DNA of 64,000 bases from Eledone cirrhosa (GCA_964016885.1 OZ024741.1:160332001-160396000), one strand, 5' to 3'. Shown: positions 45,208 to 61,373, counted from the first letter of the stretch. Notes: generated by a model not told the origin, from the sequence alone. Made by a program: numbers and translations.

Positions 45208-45240
45208 ACGACGTTTCGGGCATAAGCCCTTCTTCAGGTG
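45208..45240 (-). ncRNA. Minimal PLE-type hammerhead in a ~280-bp TA-flanked PLE terminus (45121-45398)
   Basis: CTGAAGA-a-gggc.ttat.gccc-GAAA-cg-TC; stem I only ~2 bp. Confidence 0.65.
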
Positions 45241-45393
45241 AGAAGTGTGTGGGAACAGAGTTCAAAAGGTGTGTAGGGGAGTGGTGGAGAGACATATAGC
45301 GAAAGGAAACGGTGCGAATGAAAAATTAACAAATAAAGACAAAAAATATAATAAATAAAAATAAAGCATGATCAAAATACAAGGAATGAGAAA

Positions 45394-45433
<40 letters not shown>

Positions 45434-45468
45434 GATAGCATTCTATATGTAGGCGGGCCTCGTTCATA

Positions 45469-46677
<1,209 letters not shown>

Positions 46678-47094
46678 AAATTAAATTGAGGGCGTCATGT
46701 CAGAGAGACATGCGCCATATCCACTGTAGAATATGCTCCAAGATTCCAATGAAGAGATCCGAGCATTTTATATCAACTAGAAGTTGATTGACATATATAT
46801 ATATATCTAAAATAAACATATGAAACAATCACAGGGAATAATTTGTAAAAGTGCGTAAGCACACATAGTTAGGTAGGTAACTAATTAAAGTTTAACTAAA
46901 ACCTTAAATATAGATATCTTATAAATTGATTAATCTTCCTTGTATATATTTCATCAAATAAATATATTTCAGCATCAATCGATCGGTAAACCACAGTAGC
47001 CAAATCCCAGATTTTCAACAAGGGAGAAAATGTAACTATCTGTGTTTACACAGTAAATCCAAATCTACATATACATATATACATCAGCATATAT

Positions 47095-47163
<69 letters not shown>

Positions 47164-47348
47164 GATAAATCTACCAAGAGTTTACGGTAGTGTCCAATCC
47201 GTATGAAGAACTCAATGTATTCCGGATATCATGGAAAGAAGAGATGTAATGAAAAATCACTTTCGGTGAAAGATAAACGGTATACAGAGTCAAGATAAAA
47301 TATTAAACAAATAATGAATAAACAATTCCTTATATTAAACAAAAAAAG

Positions 47349-47502
47349 TTCATTATTTAACGATCGTTTCTAGGATATATATGTGTTATAATTGGTATGC
47401 ATATTCAACAGATCTATGTACAAAATTATACAAAATTATACAAATTATCAAGATTAAATATACATACCAACACATATATACGCCGTCTTCAGAAATAATG
47501 AA
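47349..47502 (-). ncRNA. Type I hammerhead with extended stem II (left arm)
   Basis: Reverse complement of 59561-59714. Confidence 0.75.
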
Positions 47503-48137
47503 GTATATTTATTGATAATAACAACAATTCAAAATTTCAGGTCCGTTTGGGAACAAAATTGACCAATGAAAACACAAAGGGTTAAATGCAGTTCGGTGTG
47601 TGTATATACATGTAAAACCCTTACACATATTTTACAAAAATGTATGTATAATTTGTATACGCATACTAAAAGGATGGATGCAAATACAAAATTTCAAGGT
47701 TAATGTCTCTGTAAGTTTATAATGCACCGATAAGATGCGTATTGACACAAGTATGAAATTAAGTATATAAATATATTTTTTCATACTCACACTTATCCGT
47801 ACAATCACACATACACGCCCGTATATGCATAAATATACACATAACCACGAACATACAAACACACACACACCCCCACTCACATTTATATATGTGGATATAA
47901 AATCATAAGCACATGGATATTAATTCACTCCCATAAAACATTGGCACACACATTTTTAGATCAAGATACAGAAATTAGGTGGGAGGGGGGGGGGAGAGGT
48001 CAGTATTCAACGGTCTGAGCAGACTGCCTAATATAGATGTATCTATAAACTAAGAAAATAAAAAATAAATAAACATTAAAGAGGAAAGAATAGAAAGAAA
48101 AAAGAAAAAAGAAAAAAGAAAAAAGAAATATATCAAG

Positions 48138-48175
<38 letters not shown>

Positions 48176-48394
48176 TATACACATACATATATATATATAT
48201 ATATACACACACACATATATATAAATATACATATATATACACATAGACACACACACACACATACATAAATATACACACATATACAAACACATACATACAT
48301 ATACACACATCCACACTAAGAACATACATACACACACATATATAAACATATACACATACACACATACATATATATACACATATACATACAAATA

Positions 48395-48444
<50 letters not shown>

Positions 48445-49076
48445 CATATATATGTATATACACGTACATATACACACACATATACATATAATCACACATA
48501 CTATATAGACACACATATATATAACCACACACATACATGCACATATACAACACTTACATACTAATATACATACAGATATACACATACATAGCTATATATA
48601 CACACAAATATATACAGACTTACATATATACATACAGACAAATACTTACGCATCTATATATCGGTATATACATACAAACACCACTACACTATCACACAAC
48701 TTAGAAATACAAAGAGAAAGGTATATACCTATATACACATACATATACAAATAGAAAAACATATAGATATATATATATATATATATATACACACAGATAT
48801 ATATATACATATATATATATAACATATATATATATATATACACATACATATACACATACACACACATACACATACACACACATACATACATGTACACACA
48901 CATAGAAATATATACGCATACACACATACACACATACATATAAAGTCATACACACACAAACACCTACACGAATATACACATACACATATATAAAGATATA
49001 TATACACACACACACACACACAACACATACACACATACACATATATATAAAAAAAATAAATAATAAAGATATATAC

Positions 49077-49131
<55 letters not shown>

Positions 49132-49480
49132 TACATATATATATACATACACATACATACACACATACATAGACATACATGTACATACATACACGTACAT
49201 CGATATACATACACATATATATACACACATAGACATATACATACATACACACACAACTTACATACACACATATATATACATGTATATTCATACATAGAAT
49301 TAGATATATAATCATACATACATATGCACTTACTTATACTCATATATACAAATACATACGCATCCATATATGCGTATATACATAAAAACGCCACTACAAC
49401 CTCACCTAACTCAGACATACAAATAAAATTAAAAAGGCATATGTATATACATATATACACGCATTAATAGAGACATATAT

Positions 49481-49530
<50 letters not shown>

Positions 49531-49620
49531 ATTCATATATATATATATATAGATACCCACACACACATACCACCATAAATACACATACAAACACCCACAT
49601 ATAGATATATATACACACGC

Positions 49621-49651
<31 letters not shown>

Positions 49652-49779
49652 TAAAAAACAGACATGCACATATATATATATTTTTTTACACTTATATATA
49701 CACATATTATATACACATACACAACCTCACATATACACACATACACATAAGTTATATTATAATAATAAAAAAATAAAAA

Positions 49780-49818
<39 letters not shown>

Positions 49819-49905
49819 CATATATATATATATATATACATATAGACATATACATACATATATACACACATACGAATATAGACATATAATCACACATAGA
49901 CACCC

Positions 49906-49940
<35 letters not shown>

Positions 49941-51588
49941 TACATATACACAGACACATATACACACTCACATATATATGTGTGTGCACACACACATATA
50001 TACACACATACACATATATACACATAAACACATATATGTGCATACATGCACACACACACACATATATCACATAGATACGAAGATAGACATATAAATAGAG
50101 AGACATACATATATATACAACACACATACACACACATACATACACACACATATACACATACATATATATATATATATATATATTTCTATATATACACATA
50201 TACATATATATATACATATATACATATATATATATACATACACATATACATACACACATTCACATACACATACATATATACATGCATATATACACATATA
50301 TACATACATACACACACTCATATATACACACACAATCTTACATTCATATTTGCATGCGCATATATGTATTTTTATATTCAGATATAAATACCCAAACCTA
50401 TATAGACACCTACCTACATATATATTCATACATACACGCTTACAAATACAGATGATAATAGTATGGGGGAAAGGGGGGGTTTGGAGAAGGGGATCATAGT
50501 AAATATATGTTTCAAGAAACATAGAATATTTTCCGTATCTTGATCCAATGTATGTTTTTACATAGTTTCAGTGTTAGGAAATACAATAAACAAGAACTAA
50601 GGCAAAATCTATGCATCTCAAAATAAACAAGTATACCATTAATTATATGTTAACTAAACCAAAGATAGTTAACATATTGATTTCTAAGGTGTAAATTAGT
50701 TAGGTTTATAATATTTGAAGCAGAATTTTGAAGTTAAATAGTAGTAGAGTATTAACTATAGTATAACTAAATTAAAGTTAATAACGTTATGGTATCAATA
50801 TTAGGAAATGAATTTAGTAAAAGGGAAAAAACAAATAAAATAAAGTATTACATCGGTAGTAGAATATAAATTATAGGTTAACTAAATTAAAAATTATATA
50901 TTTATTTCTATAGTATATGTTAATTAGGTATATAATACATAAAACAGATATTGTATTTTATCAATAGCATAATATAATTATATGCAAATAGACATCAAAA
51001 TTAATACACATACATATACATATACATACACATACATATATACATATATATACACATATATATATATATACATATATACACATATACATACACACACACA
51101 TACACATACACATATACATATACATATCTTTTTCAAAAAATTGCATAGAATATATTAACTAGGTATATATCCAAAACACATCCCATTCTATGATTACATG
51201 ACTTTCTGCAATTCGTCTGTATAAGGATACTAATTTTAAGCAAATTAAAATTAAATTTTTAGGTTGATTAAAATTAAAACCAAATTATAAATATATTTCT
51301 AAAATGTATATTAATTAGGTCTATAATACTAAAAATTATTTCTCTGTCATTGGATACACGATATTATTTTGTTATATTTTATCTGTAAAAGAATTATAAT
51401 AAAAGGTTTAAATAAATTAAAATTAATCTATAAATTAAATTACTAAGTATATATTAGTAATATTTAAAGGTTTTTCACAATTTATGATTACATAATATTT
51501 TATATTCTCATCTGTAATAAAATTTTAATTAAATTAAATTTATAGGTTAAATAACATTTAAATTAAATTAATTTCTAAAATAATGTTA

Positions 51589-53545
51589 TTAATTAGGTTT
51601 ATAATATTTAAATGTTTTTTTTAGTTTATGATTACACGATATAATTAATTCCTGTCGTTTATTTAATAAGATATCCTTAGACTTCATTATTTCAAATAGT
51701 TCTTGGGAACATAATCTACATTCATTTCTATTATTTTGATAAGGGGTGGCTCTTTTGAGCACACTCCAGGTCAAATCATATTCTATATTCTTATTTTTAT
51801 AACTATTGATTTTTTCTGCTAGAGATGTTGTATTAGCCAGTGCGGCATTTTTAAAAACTATGCTTGTGGGTATTAAACCTTGTCTTAAAATTGTTAGAGG
51901 TAGCTCCTATATATGAGCAAATAGAATCTTTAGTTTTAACATTACATTTATAGACTATGTTGTTAACAAGACAATTTCCTTTTAATGGGCAGTTTGCTTT
52001 GTTTCTACAGTTACATCCTTTCGTTAATTCTGTATTTGAGGAGATATTATGGTTAATTTGATGTACTGGTGGTATACTTATGGTTTTCTTACATTTATAT
52101 GCATTATAGGCACTTATATTTTGTTTTATGTTATTTGTTGTAGAGTATGAGAATTTAACTGTAGACCTATTTAAGATTTGATGGTATTTGTGGTTTGGCG
52201 GGAAGTTTTTCTCAAGGATATAAAAAAATTTTTTAGCAATATTATCCTTAACTTGTAAATTAAAAGGAGCATTATACCAAGTAACCCGTCTATTACGGTT
52301 TCTATGTTGTTTATTATTTTTATTATTTTTATAGGTTGTATCGTGATTTTTACTAGGAGGATTAATGTTAATGATCTCACCACAACTATTTTTAGTTATA
52401 TTTGTAGATTTAGGTGTTTTATCCTTTTTATTAGGAGTTTTATTATTAATATTTATTAGAGTTGTATGATGAGTAGTTTTTTGAGAGTTACTATACTTTA
52501 TATTAGAAGATTTGGTATTTTGGGGTATAGTGTGGGTGGCATTTAGGTGTGTACTTTTCATTTGGTGTTTGTTGGTAATATTATGTTGTATGCTTTCAGT
52601 ATTTTTAGTAGAAGGTATATACTCTAATCTATTTTTGTGGCCACTTCTATCTAGAGCTTCGTTATAGAAGGTCGCATTTTTATCAAATACATCTTGGTTA
52701 GAAGAAAGGTTAGAAATTCTAAGTGATATATTATATGCAAGGTTTTTAAGGATAGATTTAGGGTGATTAGATTGTGAGTGTATGTAATGTAAGTTTTGGT
52801 TAGGTTTATGGTAAGGTTGGTAGATACCCGTAGCTAAATCTAAAGTTATATCTAGGAAATTTACTACTTTACTTGTTTTTTCAAAAGTAATATTAAGATT
52901 ATAATAGTCTTTAAGGAAAGTTCTAATATGTTTTTTGTTTTTTTCAATTTCTGAAAGGCTAAGGTTGTTAGAAAGAAGAAGACAGTCATCACGATATAAA
53001 CCACCTTTGAGGTGGGGAAAAGAGGCATTTATGTTGAAAAGGAGAAAGAGGCCCACAAGATCAGTAATTTGGGCGGAATCGCTTGAACCCATAGTAATAT
53101 CAAAAAGATTACTATATGTGTTTCTGGTCCAGTATTCATTCTGAAATTCAATAAGTGTTAGTCTAGCATGTGTAATAATATTAATGTCATCCAAAGTTAA
53201 GTTAGATCTATTTTTAGCAAATATCAATGCTTTGTTCAGGAGTATAGGTGATATAGAAGAATAGTAATTATCTATATCAAATTGTAGGAATGAAGCAGAA
53301 GATTTACACCTAATATTTTTAAACCAGTTAATTACCTGGGAGGTGTTTTCCCAGAGTGGTAAAATAACGTGTTTTCTTATTTGTGGGATGACTCTATCTA
53401 AAAATTTTTTGCTAATTATTCCAATATCTGATTTGGAGGGACATATAAGTCTAATAGAAGGATTTGAGTTAAAGTTAGATTTGTGATCCTTCAGGTTGAA
53501 GTGTGGTCTTTTCAATGCCAAGGAGTGTGGTCTTTTCAATGCCAA
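51589..53545 (-). pseudogene. PLE RT-GIY-YIG, left arm (5'-truncated; +1 frameshift at ~51853)
   Basis: ORFs 51851-53545 and 51589-51774. Confidence 0.9.
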
Positions 53546-55446
53546 GGATCACAAATCTAACTTTAACTCAAATCCTTCTATTAGACTTATATGTCCCTCC
53601 AAATCAGATATTGGAATAATTAGCAAACAAATTTTAGATAGAGTCATCCCACAAATAAGAAAACACGTTATTTTACCACTCTGGGAAAACACCTCCCAGG
53701 TAATTAACTGGTTTAAAAATATTAGGTGTAAATCTTCTGCTTCATTCCTACAATTTGATATAGATAATTACTATTCTTCTATATCACCTATACTCCTGAA
53801 CAAAGCATTGATATTTGCTAAAAATAGATCTAACTTAACTTTGGATGACATTAATATTATTACACATGCTAGACTAACACTTATTGAATTTCAGAATGAA
53901 TACTGGACCAGAAACACATATAGTAATCTTTTTGATATTACTATGGGTTCAAGCGATTCCGCCCAAATTACTGATCTTGTGGGCCTCTTTCTCCTTTTCA
54001 ACATAAATGCCTCTTTTCCCCACCTCAAAGGTGGTTTATATCGTGATGACTGTCTTCTTCTTTCTAACAACCTTAGCCTTTCAGAAATTGAAAAAAACAA
54101 AAAACATATTAGAACTTTCCTTAAAGACTATTATAATCTTAATATTACTTTTGAAAAAACAAGTAAAGTAGTAAATTTCCTAGATATAACTTTAGATTTA
54201 GCTACGGGTATCTACCAACCTTACCATAAACCTAACCAAAACTTACATTACATACACTCACAATCTAATCACCCTAAATCTATCCTTAAAAACCTTGCAT
54301 ATAATATATCACTTAGAATTTCTAACCTTTCTTCTAACCAAGATGTATTTGATAAAAATGCGACCTTCTATAACGAAGCTCTAGATAGAAGTGGCCACAA
54401 AAATAGATTAGAGTATATACCTTCTACTAAAAATACTGAAAGCATACAACATAATATTACCAACAAACACCAAATGAAAAGTACACACCTAAATGCCACC
54501 CACACTATACCCCAAAATACCAAATCTTCTAATATAAAGTATAGTAACTCTCAAAAAACTACTCATCATACAACTCTAATAAATATTAATAATAAAACTC
54601 CTAATAAAAAGGATAAAACACCTAAATCTACAAATATAACTAAAAATAGTTGTGGTGAGATCATTAACATTAATCCTCCTAGTAAAAATCACGATACAAC
54701 CTATAAAAATAATAAAAATAATAAACAACATAGAAACCGTAATAGACGGGTTACTTGGTATAATGCTCCTTTTAATTTACAAGTTAAGGATAATATTGCT
54801 AAAAAATTTTTTTATATCCTTGAGAAAAACTTCCCGCCAAACCACAAATACCATCAAATCTTAAATAGGTCTACAGTTAAATTCTCATACTCTACAACAA
54901 ATAACATAAAACAAAATATAAGTGCCTATAATGCATATAAATGTAAGAAAACCATAAGTATACCACCAGTACATCAAATTAACCATAATATCTCCTCAAA
55001 TACAGAATTAACGAAAGGATGTAACTGTAGAAACAAAGCAAACTGCCCATTAAAAGGAAATTGTCTTGTTAACAACATAGTCTATAAATGTAATGTTAAA
55101 ACTAAAGATTCTATTTGCTCATATATAGGAGCTACCTCTAACAATTTTAAGACAAGGTTTAATACCCACAAGCATAGTTTTTAAAAATGCCGCACTGGCT
55201 AATACAACATCTCTAGCAGAAAAAATCAATAGTTATAAAAATAAGAATATAGAATATGATTTGACCTGGAGTGTGCTCAAAAGAGCCACCCCTTATCAAA
55301 ATAATAGAAATGAATGTAGATTATGTTCCCAAGAACTATTTGAAATAATGAAGTCTAAGGATATCTTATTAAATAAACGACAGGAATTAATTATATCGTG
55401 TAATCATAAACTAAAAAAAACATTTAAATATTATAAACCTAATTAA
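53544..55446 (+). pseudogene. PLE RT-GIY-YIG, right arm (5'-truncated; +1 frameshift at ~55182)
   Basis: LQFDIDNYYSSI, GLYRDD, VNFLDIT, CNCR..CPL.GNCL..IVY...YIGAT...FKTRF..H, then W.VL...C.LC..E...LLNKRQE...CNH. Confidence 0.92.
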
Positions 55447-57094
55447 TAACATTATTTTAGAAATTAATTTAATTTAAATGTTATTTAACCTATAAATTTA
55501 ATTTAATTAAAATTTTATTACAGATGAGAATATAAAATATTATGTAATCATAAATTGTGAAAAACCTTTAAATATTACTAATATATACTTAGTAATTTAA
55601 TTTATAGATTAATTTTAATTTATTTAAACCTTTTATTATAATTCTTTTACAGATAAAATATAACAAAATAATATCGTGTATCCAATGACAGAGAAATAAT
55701 TTTTAGTATTATAGACCTAATTAATATACATTTTAGAAATATATTTATAATTTGGTTTTAATTTTAATCAACCTAAAAATTTAATTTTAATTTGCTTAAA
55801 ATTAGTATCCTTATACAGACGAATTGCAGAAAGTCATGTAATCATAGAATGGGATGTGTTTTGGATATATACCTAGTTAATATATTCTATGCAATTTTTT
55901 GAAAAAGATATGTATATGTATATGTGTATGTGTATGTGTGTGTGTATGTATATGTGTATATATGTATATATATATATATGTGTATATATATGTATATATG
56001 TATGTGTATGTATATGTATATGTATGTGTATTAATTTTGATGTCTATTTGCATATAATTATATTATGCTATTGATAAAATACAATATCTGTTTTATGTAT
56101 TATATACCTAATTAACATATACTATAGAAATAAATATATAATTTTTAATTTAGTTAACCTATAATTTATATTCTACTACCGATGTAATACTTTATTTTAT
56201 TTGTTTTTTCCCTTTTACTAAATTCATTTCCTAATATTGATACCATAACGTTATTAACTTTAATTTAGTTATACTATAGTTAATACTCTACTACTATTTA
56301 ACTTCAAAATTCTGCTTCAAATATTATAAACCTAACTAATTTACACCTTAGAAATCAATATGTTAACTATCTTTGGTTTAGTTAACATATAATTAATGGT
56401 ATACTTGTTTATTTTGAGATGCATAGATTTTGCCTTAGTTCTTGTTTATTGTATTTCCTAACACTGAAACTATGTAAAAACATACATTGGATCAAGATAC
56501 GGAAAATATTCTATGTTTCTTGAAACATATATTTACTATGATCCCCTTCTCCAAACCCCCCCTTTCCCCCATACTATTATCATCTGTATTTGTAAGCGTG
56601 TATGTATGAATATATATGTAGGTAGGTGTCTATATAGGTTTGGGTATTTATATCTGAATATAAAAATACATATATGCGCATGCAAATATGAATGTAAGAT
56701 TGTGTGTGTATATATGAGTGTGTGTATGTATGTATATATGTGTATATATGCATGTATATATGTATGTGTATGTGAATGTGTGTATGTATATGTGTATGTA
56801 TATATATATATGTATATATGTATATATATATGTATATGTGTATATATAGAAATATATATATATATATATATATGTATGTGTATATGTGTGTGTATGTATG
56901 TGTGTGTATGTGTGTTGTATATATATGTATGTCTCTCTATTTATATGTCTATCTTCGTATCTATGTGATATATGTGTGTGTGTGTGCATGTATGCACATA
57001 TATGTGTTTATGTGTATATATGTGTATGTGTGTATATATGTGTGTGTGCACACACATATATATGTGAGTGTGTATATGTGTCTGTGTATATGTA

Positions 57095-57129
<35 letters not shown>

Positions 57130-57212
57130 GGGTGTCTATGTGTGATTATATGTCTATATTCGTATGTGTGTATATATGTATGTATATGTCTATATGTATA
57201 TATATATATATG

Positions 57213-57249
<37 letters not shown>

Positions 57250-57494
57250 TTTTTATTTTTTTATTATTATAATATAACTTATGTGTATGTGTGTATATGT
57301 GAGGTTGTGTATGTGTATATAATATGTGTATATATAAGTGTAAAAATATATATATATATGTGCATGTCTGTTTTTTATGTGTGTGTATATATATATATAT
57401 ATATGCGTGTGTATATATATCTATATGTGGGTGTTTGTATGTGTATTTATGGTGGTATGTGTGTGTGGGTATCTATATATATGTATATATGAAT

Positions 57495-57554
<60 letters not shown>

Positions 57555-57903
57555 ATATATGTCTCTATTAATGCGTGTATATATGTATATACATATGCCT
57601 TTTTAATTTTATTTGTATGTCTGAGTTAGGTGAGGTTGTAGTGGCGTTTTTATGTATATACGCATATATGGATGCGTATGTATTTGTATATATGAGTATA
57701 AGTAAGTGCATATGTATGTATGATTATATATCTAATTCTATGTATGAATATACATGTATATATATGTGTGTATGTAAGTTGTGTGTGTATGTATATGTCT
57801 ATGTGTGTATATATATGTGTATGTATATCGATGTACGTGTATGTATGTACATGTATGTCTATGTATGTGTGTATGTATGTGTATGTATATATATATGTAT
57901 GTC

Positions 57904-57946
<43 letters not shown>

Positions 57947-58231
57947 GTATATATCTTTATTATTTATTTTTTTTATATATATGTGTATGTGTGTATGTGT
58001 TGTGTGTGTGTGTGTGTGTATATATATCTTTATATATGTGTATGTGTATATTCGTGTAGGTGTTTGTGTGTGTATGACTTTATATGTATGTGTGTATGTG
58101 TGTATGCGTATATATTTCTATGTGTGTGTACATGTATGTATGTGTGTGTATGTGTATGTGTGTGTATGTGTATATGTATGTGTATATATATATATATATA
58201 TATGTTATATATATATATGTATATATATATC

Positions 58232-58275
<44 letters not shown>

Positions 58276-58588
58276 TTTCTATTTGTATATGTATGTGTAT
58301 ATAGGTATATACCTTTCTCTTTGTATTTCTAAGTTGTGTGATAGTGTAGTGGTGTTTGTATGTATATACCGATATATAGATGCGTAAGTATTTGTCTGTA
58401 TGTATATATGTAAGTCTGTATATATTTGTGTGTATATATAGCTATGTATGTGTATATCTGTATGTATATTAGTATGTAAGTGTTGTATATGTGCATGTAT
58501 GTGTGTGGTTATATATATGTGTGTCTATATAGTATGTGTGATTATATGTATATGTGTGTGTATATGTACGTGTATATACATATATATG

Positions 58589-58630
<42 letters not shown>

Positions 58631-58857
58631 TATGTGTGTATTTGTATGTATATGTGTATATGTATGTATGTGTGTATGTGTATATGTTTATATATGTGTG
58701 TGTATGTATGTTCTTAGTGTGGATGTGTGTATATGTATGTATGTGTTTGTATATGTGTGTATATTTATGTATGTGTGTGTGTGTGTCTATGTGTATATAT
58801 ATGTATATTTATATATATGTGTGTGTGTATATATATATATATATATGTATGTGTATA

Positions 58858-58888
<31 letters not shown>

Positions 58889-59560
58889 TTTCTTGATATA
58901 TTTCTTTTTTCTTTTTTCTTTTTTCTTTTTTCTTTTTTCTTTTTTCTTTTTTCTTTTTTCTTTTTTCTTTCTATTCTTTCCTCTTTAATGTTTATTTATT
59001 TTTTATTTTCTTAGTTTATAGATACATCTATATTAGGCAGTCTGCTCAGACCGTTGAATACTGACCTCTCCCCCCCCCTCCCACCTAATTTCTGTATCTT
59101 GATCTAAAAATGTGTGTGCCAATGTTTTATGGGAGTGAATTAATATCCATGTGCTTATGATTTTATATCCACATATATAAATGTGAGTGGGGGTGTGTGT
59201 GTGTTTGTATGTTCGTGGTTATGTGTATATTTATGCATATACGGGCGTGTATGTGTGATTGTACGGATAAGTGTGAGTATGAAAAAATATATTTATATAC
59301 TTAATTTCATACTTGTGTCAATACGCATCTTATCGGTGCATTATAAACTTACAGAGACATTAACCTTGAAATTTTGTATTTGCATCCATCCTTTTAGTAT
59401 GCGTATACAAATTATACATACATTTTTGTAAAATATGTGTAAGGGTTTTACATGTATATACACACACCGAACTGCATTTAACCCTTTGTGTTTTCATTGG
59501 TCAATTTTGTTCCCAAACGGACCTGAAATTTTGAATTGTTGTTATTATCAATAAATATAC

Positions 59561-59714
59561 TTCATTATTTCTGAAGACGGCGTATATATGTGTTGGTATG
59601 TATATTTAATCTTGATAATTTGTATAATTTTGTATAATTTTGTACATAGATCTGTTGAATATGCATACCAATTATAACACATATATATCCTAGAAACGAT
59701 CGTTAAATAATGAA
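59561..59714 (+). ncRNA. Type I hammerhead with extended stem II (right arm)
   Basis: ttcattattt-CTGAAGA-[115-nt hairpin]-GAAA-cgatcg-TT-aaataatgaa; perfect 10-bp stem I. Confidence 0.8.
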
Positions 59715-59759
59715 CTCTTTTTGTTTAATATAAGGAATTGTTTATTCATTATTTGTTTA

Positions 59760-59820
<61 letters not shown>

Positions 59821-59828
59821 GCATATAT

Positions 59829-59861
<33 letters not shown>

Positions 59862-60078
59862 AGTACTGAAGTTTCCGTTGAAAATTGAAAAAGTCATAGG
59901 AGTGAAGAGTGCTCTATGTAAGTTACAGAGCTAAATTTAATGTATAATAAACAATACAATATAATTACCTCATTACCAGAGGTTTCCCGAATAAGACGAA
60001 TACAAGAAACGTCCGCGGGCGTTTGTATATACCATAATTTTGATTTAGATTAAATTCATTTTGATTTATCTTAATTTT

Positions 60079-60165
<87 letters not shown>

Positions 60166-60329
60166 CCTGGACTGGGCGAGCAAGACACTTTATTTCACGT
60201 TGCTCATTTTACCTGGAGTTGCGACCGATAGATAGTATTACCAATTGAAAAAACCAACGGAAACATTGTTTCCTCGGTCCGATTTGACGAAAGTCGATCG
60301 ACTGTCGATATATATATATTTCTCTATCT

Positions 60330-60900
60330 CTATCTCTTCTTCTCGCAGTCGGTGAAATAGTGATTGGTTAGTTTAAATTCTTTACCTATAACCCGCGATA
60401 GTCCTATCCATTCTCACAATTTTTGCTAATTTCACTCAATGTACTGGAAGAAAGCACTATCTTCTCCGCCCCTTCCTTTCCAAGAGGAACTTGAAACGTC
60501 ACTGAGAGCTTTACTGAAGAGGGATCTGTCTGTTTTCAGGTCTTTTAGTCTGTTCAACCCCACAACCTCTTTTGCCATAGCCACTAGACATAGGAAAATT
60601 GTTCTTCCTTCCCTGTTAAAAGCAATCAATAGTTGGATCCTTCCTACACGTGACAAACTTTTCAACATGACTCCACGGGTGCGTACGGAACTGTTTCATT
60701 GCTGTGCACGCATCTCGGACAGGCCAGTCTGACAGCACTTCCATGCCTATAGAGTTTATTTCGAACCGGATGTGCCCTAAGAGATTTCTTGAAATCTTCC
60801 ATTGGCAGGATGTTTTTCAAAAACATATTCATCAAAGGTCATTTATTGAAATGGGGCCAGCAGGAGGGCACTTTTACAACCCCTTTCTTAAACACTCCTT
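60330..60900 (-). pseudogene. Tx1/L1 ORF2 C-terminal fragment
   Basis: LACPRCVHSNETV zinc-finger remnant followed by REG..IFLCLVAMAKEVV...RLK.LKTD. Confidence 0.6.
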
Positions 60901-60964
60901 AAACACCCCAACACCTCTCAACTCCACTCCCAATCAATTATCTTGCTGTTACCATTCACTATTT

Positions 60965-61020
<56 letters not shown>

Positions 61021-61021
<1 letters not shown>

Positions 61022-61208
61022 CGAAGGAAATGTGGTAAGGAACCAGGTGGACCATAACGCACCAAAGTACTCAATACTTAGGGTAGTAGAGTGGGTAATA
61101 GGAACGAGTAGGACCCCGACGGCTGAGCTCAAGCCGTTTCGACGGCTAATTCATAGTCCAGAATTATCCGTCGAAACGGCTTGAGCTCAGCCGTCGGGGT
61201 CCTACTCG

Positions 61209-61210
<2 letters not shown>
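61021..61210. mobile_element. Short fold-back element (HHR 3'-half family)
   Basis: Inverted arms 61105-61152 / 61161-61208, TA flanks. Confidence 0.75.
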
Positions 61211-61281
<71 letters not shown>

Positions 61282-61373
61282 TAAAACGTGTCTATAGAAT
61301 CAATCATATATATATATATATATATATAGTGACAAAACATAAGTCAATTGCAAGAACTCATAATCCTTTATTT

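Larger units (their letters stand above)
47161..59768. mobile_element. 12.6-kb head-to-head palindrome of two 5'-truncated copies of a Naiad-like PLE
   Basis: ~47295-53491 is the reverse complement of 53544-59768; direct duplication of flanking target at 47076-47100 and 59811-59837. Confidence 0.95.

Noticed and set aside
47161-59768. Palindrome as an assembly fold-back artefact
   Set aside because: Direct target duplication outside both arms, asymmetric ends, substitutions between arms and analogous smaller structures nearby; read-level confirmation still advisable
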